DNA from: Botryllus schlosseri
Lineage: Eukaryota
Length of the DNA: 64,000 nt
Reading direction: 5' to 3'
Assembly: GCA_051294905.1 (NCBI GenBank)
Contig: CM119378.1
Location: 28,334,001 to 28,398,000, forward strand
The notes under the pieces are model-generated. The model was not told the DNA's origin. It did no database searches and worked only from the letters and a program-made list of their open reading frames with translations. Each line of letters opens with the position of its first letter. Position 1 is the first letter of the stretch. This document shows, in pieces, positions 12,865 through 25,579 of the stretch. Both the position numbers and the translations under genes were made by a program.

Positions 12865-13079
12865 TGTTACTTGGTCATAATCGTGCATGGTAACTAGGGA
12901 CTGTGATGATGAAGCAGACATGTCATCACCCTGCGAATTCCTAATTTGAAGTGGGACGTGTTGACGAATTCTTGTTGCAAGCGTTGAGATGTGCGACCTA
13001 TATACCGACTGTCGCATCGGCATGTATACTGGTAAATTATGTTACTCTGATCAATCGCAGGAAGCACATCCTTACGCAA
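12865..13079 (-). pseudogene. Penelope-like element GIY-YIG remnant, N-terminal part
   Basis: SNIIYQYTCRCDSRYIGRTSQRL (GIY-YIG motif), then a frameshift to IRQHVP...HDYDQVT. This joins 11120-11293 in frame once the hAT and one TSD copy are removed. Confidence 0.75.
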
Positions 13080-13415
13080 TATTGAAGTTCTGTACTTCGA
13101 AAAGAATATAGTTTATATAGTCCTCAACCAGTGACGCAGGCTCGAATTGTATCATATCAATTTGTAAATGGGTAATGTATTGCATCTTATCAATTCGTTT
13201 CTCTACTCTCCATTTTGACAGACAGGGAACTATAAACCGAGGCTATGCAATTACTTACGTTGTTACATAGCCTTCTTGCGAGTATATTTACCTCTATATT
13301 CATTCATCGGTTCAAAATCAATGACAAGTCAATCTTTATTTCACCTTCAATGGCCGATACCAAGAATTCATTCAAAGTGTGATATCGACTTGATATTATC
13401 AGCGAACCTGTAATT

Positions 13416-13693
13416 CAGTGATTCCCCAACTTTTTTAGACACAATAGTGAAAAATTTAGCCCCCCCCTTATCACCAAATGCAACCAGAATGCTAGCAATC
13501 CAAACGGATAGTTTGATGGCACGGAAGGTTATGACTGTTGATGAGAGAATTATAAAATAAGAAATTTGGACTATACACAGAGCAATGGCTATGAATTGGA
13601 GCTAAATCGTGCGGAGCACGAAAATATTTTTCAATTGGTCGCTGCTTCACGCCCCCTTCAGATCCTCTCACCACCCCAGTTTGAGAACCGCTG
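13416..13693. mobile_element. 278-bp hAT-type MITE
   Basis: Imperfect TIR CAGTGATTCCCCAACT vs CAGCGGTTCTCAAACT (12/16); flanks CTGTAATT / CTGTAATC (7/8 TSD). Confidence 0.7.
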
Positions 13694-14368
13694 CTGTAAT
13701 CGGTCTGCTCTATTGTATACCATCTTAAATGAATTGTTACAGGGTTGTAACAATGTACATTGCACTGGTAATCAGCAATCTTTGGAGCAGTCAAATACCA
13801 TTTCCCACTCTATCGTTCACAGATATACTTCACTAGAACACTTAGTACAAAGTGGGACCTATTTACCTAACAATGGTTGTGGCAGTGGAGTGAAAGTTTG
13901 CCTTACTCTCCGAAACTGTAAGATTGTATATTTAAAATTATCAACTCGACTTGAAATTCCAATGAATATAAGTTATATATATACCAGATGGCAGCTTACT
14001 TCTCTTTGCCACGCTCATGCCTGTTGAATGTGATTCCATGTAGCTTGTTTCTGAAAAAAAGTGAATGCTTCAGAAGGATTAGAGGCTAAACGCATGTTTA
14101 CGCATGCACAATGCACATGCATACTTGCTAGTGACAGTGAAACAGATTATTTGACGCCTAGAGAAAAATCTCATTACAAAATCGCAAGAAAATTTGATAG
14201 CATCAATGCATTCCCTTCGACACACCACTAGGTTTAACGGTACATATTTTGGGCAATTATAAATAACACTTTGGGCAATTATAAATAACACAATAAATTC
14301 AGTACAGTTAAATTACACAGGAAGTGAAACATATGTATTGGTAACGACATTTTGGTTGTCATATAAAT

Positions 14369-14402
14369 CAGGGGCGGGCAACATACGGCCTGGGGGCCGG
14401 AA
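14369..14402 (+). mobile_element. Isolated hAT (Buster-like) terminus
   Basis: CAGGGGCGGGCAACATACGGCC resembles the TIR at 11294; no partner end found. Confidence 0.45.
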
Positions 14403-16451
14403 AGCAGACTTTTTGTTTTATTAGTCAACCGACCACAAAGTGGGGAAAATTTACCATATTTTCAGGATTTGCCTCTGGGATTGCAAGTCTGAAAATTTTG
14501 AAAAAGTGTCCTTTTTTCAGATTTTCAAACTATATGGTAACCCTAAGCTTGCGTGTAAGTTCGTCGACGCGAGAAGACTTGCATTATCGGCATTTACGAT
14601 GTACTCAACCATAATGCATTGATACAACACGAGATAGTACCAACCTTTATAATGCGATGAAGAAATATTCTGACGATTTAATTTTGTAGCTCTCAAATAC
14701 AAATATATTTAGTTATTCATTTAGTTCACAAAGCTTCAAAACTTATTTTATGTACAAGGGGCTCTCACTATCAAAAGTGATATACAGAGCCAACTCCTTC
14801 CATTTTCACACTCTGTGCACTGCGGGATATAATACCTAATGCGTAACATTTTGTGGAAAATAACCCTAACAAGCATGACGGCAGTGTTCTAAAAGTACGC
14901 GCAATTCGTTTTATATTAATTATAATAACCCACTACATTTATAAAAACACGACCAAAAATTTCGGGATTTGGCATGTTTTGTGGAATGTTAATTCGTTCT
15001 GAATACTCATTATGGATATATCCTACTACCACATCATCTACGGCGAAGCCAATTTTATTCAGCGCTCCCCTTATGATAGCCCTCCTGAGCCGCGCCCCCC
15101 ATATTGCCCCCTGAGTGTTTCCACCCCCTTTAAAATCGCCAACGCCCCTTAGGGCCTATATGACAATCTAGTTTTCAAATACACATTGTTTTCCTGATCT
15201 GCGCCGAAAAATGAACTGAAATGAAATAACCCCCAATTGGGGAGGGCCCGAGCTCGAAGTGGGCCCCAAATTATTTCGTGAATTAGCATAAATTGTAGAG
15301 TATTTTTCGAAAATTTGTGCGCGATTTCAAGTTGTCAAATATCTTCATTATTCGGTACTCTCCCCCGAAGAAAAAACTCGCGTTGGCCATTACCACGCCA
15401 CGACGCACCAAGACATATAACGATTTAGGACATATTACATGAGACTCCAAGAAGTGTGCCAGAACGATCAGCAGCGCGAAAACCTTGGCCGAAAAGGACT
15501 GCCCTTACGCTGACCGAAAACTTCGTTATATATACATTATAAATTAACCGGGTAGGTTTAATTGTCTGTCCACAGGCGCCTAAATGACTAGCACTGAATG
15601 TTCCTGCCTTGGCAATCTGAACCTAAGAAGACAAATACCATCCCGCAGGGAAAATTATATGCCAGTGAAGAAATACCAATTTGAAATCGTGTGCGTCTTT
15701 TAGTTTAATTTGGGCGATTTTATATTTTTTGATATAGTTGTAACCAAGTCACAAGGCTTCGAGTCACAAGTCAATCTCACTTTTACAGTTTTGATTGAAA
15801 TTGGATGTGGATCAAAGATCTTGATCATAACGATGCGTTAGAGTAATTTACATTTAAATTTTAATGGCACATGTAGGGTAACTAGTACTCGTAGTGCAAT
15901 TGATATGCAATGTAGAAGTTAGTGGTGAACGAAATTTTGGATTGATCTTGAATTAGCCACAAAAATATTTTTTAAATCCAGAATTTTATACTCCAAAGAC
16001 TTCGCTGCTACGGGTTGGAATCGAACAAAAATTGTTGGCATTATTCGTCTAAAATAAATGATTTTTGGCTAATTTCCACACACAGAGGCAAAGTTCTTGG
16101 AGTAGAAAAGTTTGGATTAAAAAATAATAGCATTAATAAGAATTTGGACTATAATTGATGGAAATGTAGAAGAACCACACCCACCACTTCTGACTGTTAC
16201 GTACCTGGAACGTTGATGCCTTCCGGCACCGTGATCGAAGGAACGGGACCATTTTGAGTAGTGAACTACAGAAATTCCACATTTTCGTCTTTGCTTTCCT
16301 GCTGCGGTTCTGGTTCGCATTTCTTCATGTCGGAATCCAGATTTCTTTCAGGTCGAAACAGGAGTTCAAAGACTAGGCCTACCTGTACAGACAAAAATCG
16401 GGATGGTTGGTGTTTGATCGTCACCCACATCCACACTTGGACAATTCGATC

Positions 16452-16823
16452 ATTCTAGCCTAATTACAGTGAAATGACGGTAATCTGATTATAATCTAAT
16501 TCGTGATCGCTTTTTTTACTCCAATTCTAATCTAATGTGTGAAATGTTGCCATGGTCTATTTCTAATTCGAATCTAATTTGGAAAAGACGGTAGCTATCA
16601 TTCTAATTATAGTATAATTTGTTAAGTAAACTAGATACCTGTAATTCTAATTGTACGGTATCTAATTTGGAAAAAAAAACTGCAATTTTACAATTTTCAT
16701 TTTGTTCTCATTTGGAAAAAAAACTGTGTACGTGTAGCTATAATTCTAATTCTCCTCTAATTTGCGACGTCTCTTTGCTCTAATTTTAATTTTAATTTAA
16801 TTTGGAAGAATTAGGCCTAGAAT
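16452..16823. mobile_element. MITE-like element rich in AATTCT/TCTAAT repeats
   Basis: Inverted ends ATTCTAGCCTAATT / AATTAGGCCTAGAAT; a related internal tract with GGAAAGACGGT and (AATTCT)n occurs at about 23930-24052. Confidence 0.55.
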
Positions 16824-17308
16824 CAGATCGTCAACTAACTACTGATTTTTGAGCAGTTTCAGTTTTAGTTTTAGTTGTGAGTTTTGAAAATGAGTGGTCC
16901 TAGTTGTAGTTCCGAATTTTGAAAAGTGCATAGTTTGTACAAGTCTGCCAGAATACTTGTTCCCACCTCGGGATTCCCAACAGGCCTGGTTCTGTCATCA
17001 ATATCCAAGTTCTTCTCCGCCTCATTATTCATCATCAATCAGCGGAGCTTTAACTGTGTACAGAATACATGCCTGTTCACATTTAGCAACATATTGTAAA
17101 AATGCACGACAAAAGCCTGACTCCATGCGTGAGAGACATTGACAGGTTGAAATAGGTTTCGTATCACAATACCTCAGTCACCATCTATTTCGGTACGACC
17201 AAATGTTGATTTGAAGTAGATTGAAGTAGAATTAGAAGTAACAACGTAAATTTCAAGGCAAGTACATATATGTGGATATTATGATTTTCCAGGGTTGTTA
17301 TAACTCGA

Positions 17309-18570
17309 GTCACAATTTTTTGGTGACTCGATATGACTTTACTTAAGTCATTTTTTCAAATGCGTAAAATGCCTCGACTCGAGTCAATTTGGACCCATCT
17401 TGTACTCGAGTCATTGGGCAGGACTTGCACCAAGTCATGACTCTAGACCAGGGGTGGGTGGGCAAACTTTTCAGCTCGCGGGCCGCATTCAACATCTGAA
17501 TCCATTCGTGGGCCGCACTATATTAAATTGGGATTATTAGCTAAATCGCCACATCATTATGTAATTATATGGGGACCAGGGAATTATGGAGAAGACATAT
17601 ATTTAGATTGTATATATTTACAACAAGTCAAACAATAATTTAATGATAGCATATACGCTTCAGAAACATCGATAAGATTTTTCAAGCTGGTCATCCTTAT
17701 TCCTTATGACCAATTTAGTAAAATTTGGGATGAAAGGCAGTTCTGCCGATTCTTAGAAGTAGGCTATATGTAAATTTGAATCTGAGGAACCATGTCTTCA
17801 TAGATTTACTGATTCTACTTTTGGTTTACATCGAGGACAGACAATAATGCGGACAGCATCATAGCCATGCTACCTTCAATATACGTTTCTATGATACATA
17901 GTTAATATAAATATAAAATACACATATCCAGAACATATCTATACCTAACACACACGTGAACCGGTCTCCCAAATACGGTAACAAAAGTAATAAAAGTAAT
18001 AAATTTACTGGAGCTGTCAATTTGAAACCGCACTCGTGATCCGAATTATGTTATTTCCATTTTGAATTTCCGTAATTTTTACCAACTAAAACCTTCGAAA
18101 ATGTGTGGGCCTTGAGATCAGGCTTCTACGTCTGCAAAAAATAACCATCATAGTAAGACTATAACTTCTAGTTGTCAGAGGTAAATATATTTAAAAAAAA
18201 TATTGCCAAGTTGCTGCAAAATTTACATTTTACTACGCATTATATTTTCTCATGGCTTTCACGGGCCGCACAAAATGGTGTTCTGGCCGCATGCCGTAGT
18301 TTGCCCACTCCTGTTCTAGACTCAGACGGCCAAGACAGACATTTCATTGCAACTTCGAAGAATGGTAAAGTCACCGCATGATTGGTATTTCGTCTATCAG
18401 TCCTGATATTGGAATATAGGACCGGAAACTGTTCAAACTGACTGAGGAAAACTACGATATTATAAATGTGGGCCAGCCATTCAATATCCCTCAAGCAGAG
18501 TATAAAAACTGATCAGACTTTACACAATGACTTGTACTCAGAGTCGACTTAACTCGAGTCGAAACTATAA
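17309..18570. repeat. GACTCGAGTC-rich element fragments split by the 17449-18313 hAT
   Basis: ACTCGAGTC/GAGTCA motifs at about 17315-17445 and again at about 18530-18565. Confidence 0.4.
17449..18313 (-). mobile_element. 865-bp hAT (Charlie/Buster-type) non-autonomous element
   Basis: TIRs CAGGGGTGGG..CAAAC / GTTTGCCCACTCCTG; TSD CTCTAGAC / TTCTAGAC (the NTCTAGAN preference typical of Charlie/Buster hATs); GGGCCGCA subterminal motifs; minus-strand SDSNLHIA...PNFTKLV resembles the hAT transposase C-terminus. Confidence 0.85.
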
Positions 18571-18932
18571 AAGAGTAATTCCCTCTCAACATACAAACGC
18601 CCGTCTCCACTACACTTCAGATCTAATTGAAAATTTTCTCATAGATCAGGTATCAAATTTGGTGCATAACGAACTTTGTTTCAAGAAAATCGGACGATTC
18701 GCTGCAGAGTTATTGCAATTTGAAAAATGACATTTTGTGCTCACTCGGCCGTGACGCTGTACGTACAGCTTGGAACCTACGTCTAATTGCAATTGACATT
18801 ATAGTCATCAAATTGCAGCCAGGCAGACTTAAATTTATGTAGTAAGATATTTTGGTATATGCTTATTGTGATAGACCCAACTTTTTAACTTTACTAACTA
18901 CCGGGGGTTAGAGGTCAAATGTCAACTCAACT

Positions 18933-19710
18933 GCTAACAAATTAAGTTTAAATACCGATAAAACTGTGATGATGCTCTTTAATACTGCTTCTGATAACCT
19001 TACTGTGAATCTAAATAATAACTGTATCTCACTGTGTGACTCAGCAAAATATCTTGGAATCATCATCGACTCTAAATTGTCATGGAAACCGCATATTGCT
19101 CATACCATAACACAGCTTTCTAGATGTGTAGGTGTAATGACAAAACTCAAGCACATAGTTCCTAGATCTGTGCTTAGGACAATTTACTTTTCGCTTTTTT
19201 ACTCGTTTGTACAGTATGGCATAATTGTATGGGGGAATGCTTGTACTTCACATTGTTCTAAAATTCGTACCCTGCAAAACCGAGCCATGCGTTTGACGGC
19301 TGGCTTGCCCCCATCGAACAAGATTATCCCAGTACTACCGCAAATACAATATTCTAAAATTTGACGATATTTTTACATTTGAAGTAGCTAAATTTATGCA
19401 TCAATCTTTTTCAAATGAATTGCCTCCTGTGTTTAATGATTTCTTCGTCCTTGCTCAAACTGTTCACTCACACCATACCAGATTTTCTTCCCAGGGCAAC
19501 ATCTATTTTCATCGACCCACCAGTAACCTCACAAAGAAATCGATCGACTATGCCGGTCCTGTCATATGGAATGCTATACCCTCTTCAATACGGGACCTCC
19601 CATACCACTCCTTCAAAAGGAATTATTCAGTCACCTCATCTCCCATTACCAATGATCCGCTTGTCTCCCACCAAATTTGTAGTTTCTTTAGTATTTTATT
19701 TTTATGCTGA
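18933..19710 (+). pseudogene. 5'-truncated CR1-group (L2/Crack-like) LINE, RT C-terminal region
   Basis: ANKLSLNTDKT...KYLGIIIDSKLSWKPHI...IYFSLFYSFVQYGIIVWG...LQNRAMR, then a frameshift to FMHQ...HSHHTR...IDYAGPVIWNAIP. Confidence 0.85.
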
Positions 19711-19726
19711 GCTGAATTGATTGATC

Positions 19727-19745
19727 CTCTCTCGCTCTCTCGCTC

Positions 19746-19778
<33 letters not shown>
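19727..19778. repeat. (CT)n/(CTCG) microsatellite at the LINE 3' end
   Basis: Read directly. Confidence 0.85.
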
Positions 19779-20027
19779 TCGCCTTGCGTAATTCTATTTA
19801 AACCGATTTTTTGGCGGAAGGTGTCAAATAAAAGCTTGGAAAGAATAGAACGTTGCTGAATTGGTATTGCATGTGATATTTGACTGCCACTTGTCTAAAA
19901 GTTCATTGAAAAGATGCATTCTAACCAGCTCATGATGACCTATTCCGCATATACTGTCAAATTATATTTTCAACTGTGTTCCTGACATATATTCAAATCA
20001 TAACCAATTCTGATGTATTCTAATTGG

Positions 20028-21310
20028 TAACAGCTTTCATATGACACCGTACTTATGAATATTGAGTTACATAGAGTCGTGCCATGAGAGTTTAGAAATA
20101 TCGTTACGCATCACTGATTTTAACATACTGGTATGACTATTTTCAAATCAAGATTTGAACCTTAATTCTATAATGTGGAGGGGAATGCCTATTCCATGAA
20201 GAACATCTACCACCAATTATTGCTCACCAGCCTGCATGGAATCGTCGTCCTGTGTTCTATGTTTTATTTTTTTATTATTATTTAATAAATTACTTTAACT
20301 TGGAGAATCATCGCTGCTCACGTGTTTATGCAAAACGTACCGAGATTCCAGTAGGGCTTACCAGCATTACAACCTGCAGCCCGTATAAGTAATGATTTTA
20401 GCAGTTATAATCATACACTGGTTTCCGCTCATCAAACTTCATGGTTGGGTAAGCACGAAATCCTCATTCTTCAAACTGCAATTGCTCAAGAACCGATCAA
20501 TAAAAGATACAGTAATTAAATTCTATTCTACTCAGAATTGGGTGCTTTAGTTGAACATGATATTGAAGAGAAATCGAGAGGGTGTGAAGACGATTTGAAA
20601 TATTATTTGTATGTTGACTCGAACTACTGATAGTCAGTCAGTATACCCAGAAGCACCCTTGCAAGCATAATGCACATGCAATAAGTAAAAGTACTTTCTG
20701 AGCATGGCAATGATTAACTACTGAAACACATTATCATATATGAAGCATAATAATGGCAAAATCAGATAATCAATGAATAACTTCAATTAAAATTAATTAA
20801 AAAATGACTGATTTTGCATTATGCACCGCATTATATCTATAATAAAACTAAGTTTCGTGCATTCTAGTTGGAAACAGCTTTCATATGACACCTTGCATGT
20901 GAATTTTGGTTTGAATAGAATTGCACCAGATGAGTTGAAAAATATCGTTATGCATCACTGATCTTAACATATTAACAATTTTGGAATCGCGTTTTGAACC
21001 TTGACCCAATACTGTGGAGCGGGGAAATTCATGGAAAGTGAAGAACATGTACCAACAATTATTGCTAAATAACATTCAGAAATTTACTCTACGTAACCTC
21101 TGAGCTATACCAGTTACAATCTTACACAGGTTTTGTGTTGCCAAATTTCATGGTTGAGTAACCACAAAATCATCATTTTTCAAACTGCAATAACTCGAGA
21201 GCCGTTCAACGAAATTGTCCGAAATAAATTTCGTTGTACTCAGAACTAGATACTTTAGTTGTATATAAATTTAGAGAAAAATCTGAGAGGGTGTGGAGAC
21301 GGATTTAAAA
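20028..21310. repeat. Diverged tandem duplication (about 20028-20600 vs 20875-21310)
   Basis: Colinear shared blocks AACAGCTTTCATATGACACC, AATATCGTTA(C/T)GCATCACTGAT, GAAGAACAT.TACCA.CAATTATTGCT, TTCATGGTTG, TTCAAACTGCAAT and GAGAGGGTGTG. Confidence 0.75.
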
Positions 21311-21920
21311 AATATTTGCATGTTGACAGGCAATTACTCAAAAGTGAGACGGAACGTTGCGACTTGGTTACAACCCGGTGATTTCCAAGACCAGTCAAAA
21401 CAACTTTACGTAACAGTAGAAATGAAGATTTGCAAATTACTGCCGTAACTGGTTTCAACGTGTACAAGAAGTACTAAAAATACCATGAATGCCTACTCTA
21501 GCACAAGTACAACTCACCATTTCCGAGACAAGACAAAACTATTACATGAAGGAGTCAAAAATCAAGAATTGGAAATGAGTAGTTTCAAAGAATCGCATAC
21601 TTATCGCAGTTGATAGAAGGAGACTATTTCTGAAATTGCAACATCAATCTTCGTAACTGACGCAAATAACCAATGACAATAGCTACACTAGATATAGGAT
21701 TTTCGACAACATATTCAGCAATCTTACGACCGACCACTTGTCATGACGAATTCACTCAGTCAAGTTGTGTTGACTTACCCCAACACTGTGCTGTACTTAA
21801 AAATTGAGTAGTTCAAGTGCTAGTTCTAGTGGAGAGTTTTGTAAAGCGATCTAGTTGCGAGATTTATAGAATGATCAGTTGTAAAACCGTACCGTACCGT
21901 ACTGTACTGTACACCTAATG

Positions 21921-23310
21921 CAGTGTTGGGATCAAGTCACTACCTTCGAGTCACAGGTCATCTTGAGTCATTGCAGATTTGGAGTCGAATCGAGTCACGT
22001 CACGTCACGTCATAAAGTCAAATTGAATTTTCGAAGTACGGTATGAGTGATGATTCAAAGTCATTACATTTGCTAGCTATGCTAGACATGCTAGTATGCT
22101 AGACAGCGATGCTAGTATGATAGACGGATTAATTAATCATTTATCTTAATCAAATAACAAATAGGCTACCGTATCTAGTTAAATATACATGCGAAAAGAA
22201 GGTGTATCCCTCACGCACACGTAGAACTGCTAATAAAGTACGTGAGTAACTGTACACAGCTACATACTACAGCCTACAGCCTACACTACCCATCTACACC
22301 TCTGTGAGAATATAAATGCACACAATATATTCGTTTGATTTACACAAGAGGATTGGTAAATGTGAGCACTGGGCAACGTAAGCATTGAGCCGTCTAAGAA
22401 ACAGAGACAAATTGCAATTTAGAATAATTTATTACTTTGCGGTCAATTTATTTGTGATCTAACAATTGAGGAACCTTGTAACATACAATCACTGAATGAC
22501 TGGTGGGTTGTTCCCACAAAATCCACCGGCGTATCTCGAATAATCCGAACATACACAAGATACAGTGATTTATTCGACACCGCTTATTTAATTTAATGAC
22601 TTGAAATTGACTCGTAAATTTTGCTCCGAGTCACGAGTCAATGCACATTTTTGAAGCTCCGAGTCGAGTCGAGTCGAGTCGAGTCGAGTCGAGTCGAGTC
22701 GAGTCGAGTCGAGTCGAGTCGAGTCGAGTCGAGTCGAGTCGAGTCGAGTCGAGTCGAGTCGAGTCGAGTCGAGTCGAGTCGAGTCGAGTCGAGTCGAGTC
22801 GAGTCGAGTCGAGTCGAGTCGAGTCGAGTCGAGTCGAGTCTAGTCTAGTCAAGTCAAGTCAAGTCAAGTCAAGTCAAGTCAAGTCAAGTCAAGTCAAGTC
22901 AAGTCAAGTCAAGTCAAGTCAAGTCAAGTCAAGTCAAGTCAAGTCAAGTCAAGTCAAGTCAAGTCAAGTCAAGTCAAGTCAAGTCAAGTCAAGTCAAGTC
23001 AAGTCAAGTCAAGTCAAGTCAAGTCAAGTCAAGTCAAGTCAAGTCAAGTCAAGTCAAGTCAAGTCAAGTCAAGTCAAGTCAAGTCAAGTCAAGTCAAGTC
23101 AAGTCAAGTCAAGTCAAGTCAAGTCAAGTCAAGTCAAGTCAAGTCAAGTCAAGTCAAGTCAAGTCAAATAAAATCAAGTCAAGTCATTTTTCCAAAGTGA
23201 CTCGAGTCAAGTCAAGTCAAGTCAAGTCATACGAGAAAGTTGACTCGAGTCGAGTCAAGTCGAGTCAAGTCAAGTCAAGTCAAGTCATGACTCGAGTCAT
23301 CCCAACACTA
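21921..23310. mobile_element. CAGTGTTGGG-type hAT-like element with an expanded subterminal microsatellite
   Basis: Ends CAGTGTTGGGAT / ATCCCAACACTA; flanks ACCTAATG / GCCTACTG (6/8). Confidence 0.65.
22661..23165. repeat. Compound pentanucleotide microsatellite (GAGTC)36(TAGTC)2(AAGTC)63
   Basis: Counted from the sequence. Confidence 0.97.
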
Positions 23311-24671
23311 GCCTACTGTAGTAGTTTCAGTTGCAAGTTTTGAAAAGTGAGTTGTCCTAGTTGGCGTTGTGGATTTTGAAAAGTGAATAGGTATACTTGT
23401 AGTTGACGTTGCGAATTTTGGAAAAATGAGTAGGGCCTAGCTGTAGTATTGGTTTACGTTAGTCGCACAATTTGAAAATGCAGTAGTTTCAGTGGTTTGT
23501 ACAAGTGCGATCGTTACCAGTTTCACATTTGAACAAGTATAAACTCACCACTAATAGTATCTTGTTGCACCGTCGCAGTGTTTCCGTCAGTCTTCAAGTT
23601 TGATTGGCCGCCAGACATGACGACTTTTCTCACAGTGAACTTACTACGCTTGGAGTCTATAAAATAAATGAATATCCATTTAGATAAATGCTAATTAAGC
23701 GGAGGTGGTCAAGGGAGCTACAATGCCAAGCCGCCATCACATTACTTACACCATGCACTCATAGTAATTGTGAGGGATAACAGCCATGCCGGCATACTAG
23801 CTTCTAGTCTGCGGACAACCTTCTTATAAGATTAAACTCTCATTTGATATGACCTGTGCACTCGATTTTTGTTGTATTTCTTTCTCATTCATAGTTAAAT
23901 TCATTTCCTAGTTTTTTTTTGCAAATTCAGTACCGTAATTTCTAATGATATCTGGAAAGACGGTGTAACTCTAATTCTAATTCTAATTCCAATTCCAATC
24001 TATTTTGAAAATAATCTGTGCAGATCTAATTCTAATTCTAATTCTAATTCTCATTTAAAGTTGAAAATATTCTAGTTGTCCAAATATGGGTGGACCCATT
24101 TCTGTGTCACACCAGATTGGAACAACTTGCACAAAAATCATTAAGACTTGGACGGACCAGAAAAATGATAACCAAATATATTTGCTACTAATATTATCAC
24201 AGCTGAACGCAAAGCAATCGAATAGCGATGAAGGCGCGACATGAATCGATGACAAGGTTTTCTATTAGGCCTAGTAAGGTTGCTATCATCATAAATATTT
24301 TGATTGATTCTTTAGGAATACCGGAAGGGAATTGATTATGTTGGTAATAATATTGGATATATACGATTATCAACTTGCATTATCAATAACTATATATTCA
24401 TAACAGACAAAATTGCATCATTTTTGTAATTGAACTATAAAAACGTATCATTACCACTTCAAGTGCGCATTATCGACACCTCTCGGGTTGCATGATCCAA
24501 CTGAAGAATAGTTTAGAATTCATAATTTATAGATTTACAACTGTGACAAAACAAATCTGGGATTGGGATTGGGATTGAGGTTAAATCTGGTAGTTCAATG
24601 GCTTATGGTCAAACTCTCAAACATGTAGCCTATGCCTTGGAGAATATAGGATTTACAACAGGCCGAAAGCA

Positions 24672-24756
24672 TTGGGTTGGGTTGGGTTGGGTTGGGTTGG
24701 GTTGGGTTGGGTTGGGTTGGGTTGGGTTGGGTTGCGTTGCGTTGCGTTGTGTTGTG
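24672..24756. repeat. (TTGGG)12(TTGCG)3(TTGTG)2 microsatellite
   Basis: Counted from the sequence. Confidence 0.95.
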
Positions 24757-25272
24757 TTTCAAGATCTCGAATCACATTTATAGATTACTCCCGGCAATGA
24801 GACAAAATCAGGCTACTTTTACTGGACAATGACCAATAACAATAATACTAATCGAATATGCATATATAATATTACAGCATTTCTATTTCTAAGCAATTTA
24901 CAAAATATGTTGGCATAAATTGATAATAACTTCCAGTTAATAACACCAATTTCCGCTACCGGTAGGCCTACTACAAATTCCTAGATCGTGAATACCAACA
25001 AATTCCACTGGAATACCGTACAGTGAATCGAGTTATCGAAGCATGTCCTTTGGTTGAAATATTTTATTTACCATAATAAATACGTTCAATACAGTATGCC
25101 ATGCATGTAATCCCTTTACATTCACAGGCAGGCGAGCAACCAATAAGCTTGAGGTCAAGTTATCAATTCTAGGTCTACATACCCTAGCCTGCACAGCAGT
25201 AAAAACGCAAACAAAGGCTATTTGTGAGTTGTGACTACTGACTACTACTGCTAGCTAGCGAACTTACTTACT

Positions 25273-25579
25273 NNNNNNNNNNNNNNNNNNNNNNNNNNNN
25301 NNNNNNNNNNNNNNNNNNNNNNNNNNNNNNNNNNNNNNNNNNNNNNNNNNNNNNNNNNNNNNNNNNNNNNNNNNNNNNNNNNNNNNNNNNNNNNNNNNNN
25401 NNNNNNNNNNNNNNNNNNNNNNNNNNNNNNNNNNNNNNNNNNNNNNNNNNNNNNNNNNNNNNNNNNNNNNNNNNNNNNNNNNNNNNNNNNNNNNNNNNNN
25501 NNNNNNNNNNNNNNNNNNNNNNNNNNNNNNNNNNNNNNNNNNNNNNNNNNNNNNNNNNNNNNNNNNNNNNNNNNNNNNN
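25273..25579. other. Assembly gap (307 N)
   Basis: Run of N. Confidence 1.

Noticed and set aside
22621-23171. SRVES/KSSQV/TRLDS repeat proteins
   Set aside because: Translations of the pentanucleotide microsatellite.
24672-24731. Interstitial telomere
   Set aside because: The unit is TTGGG, not TTAGGG, and it grades into other pentamers like the neighbouring microsatellites.
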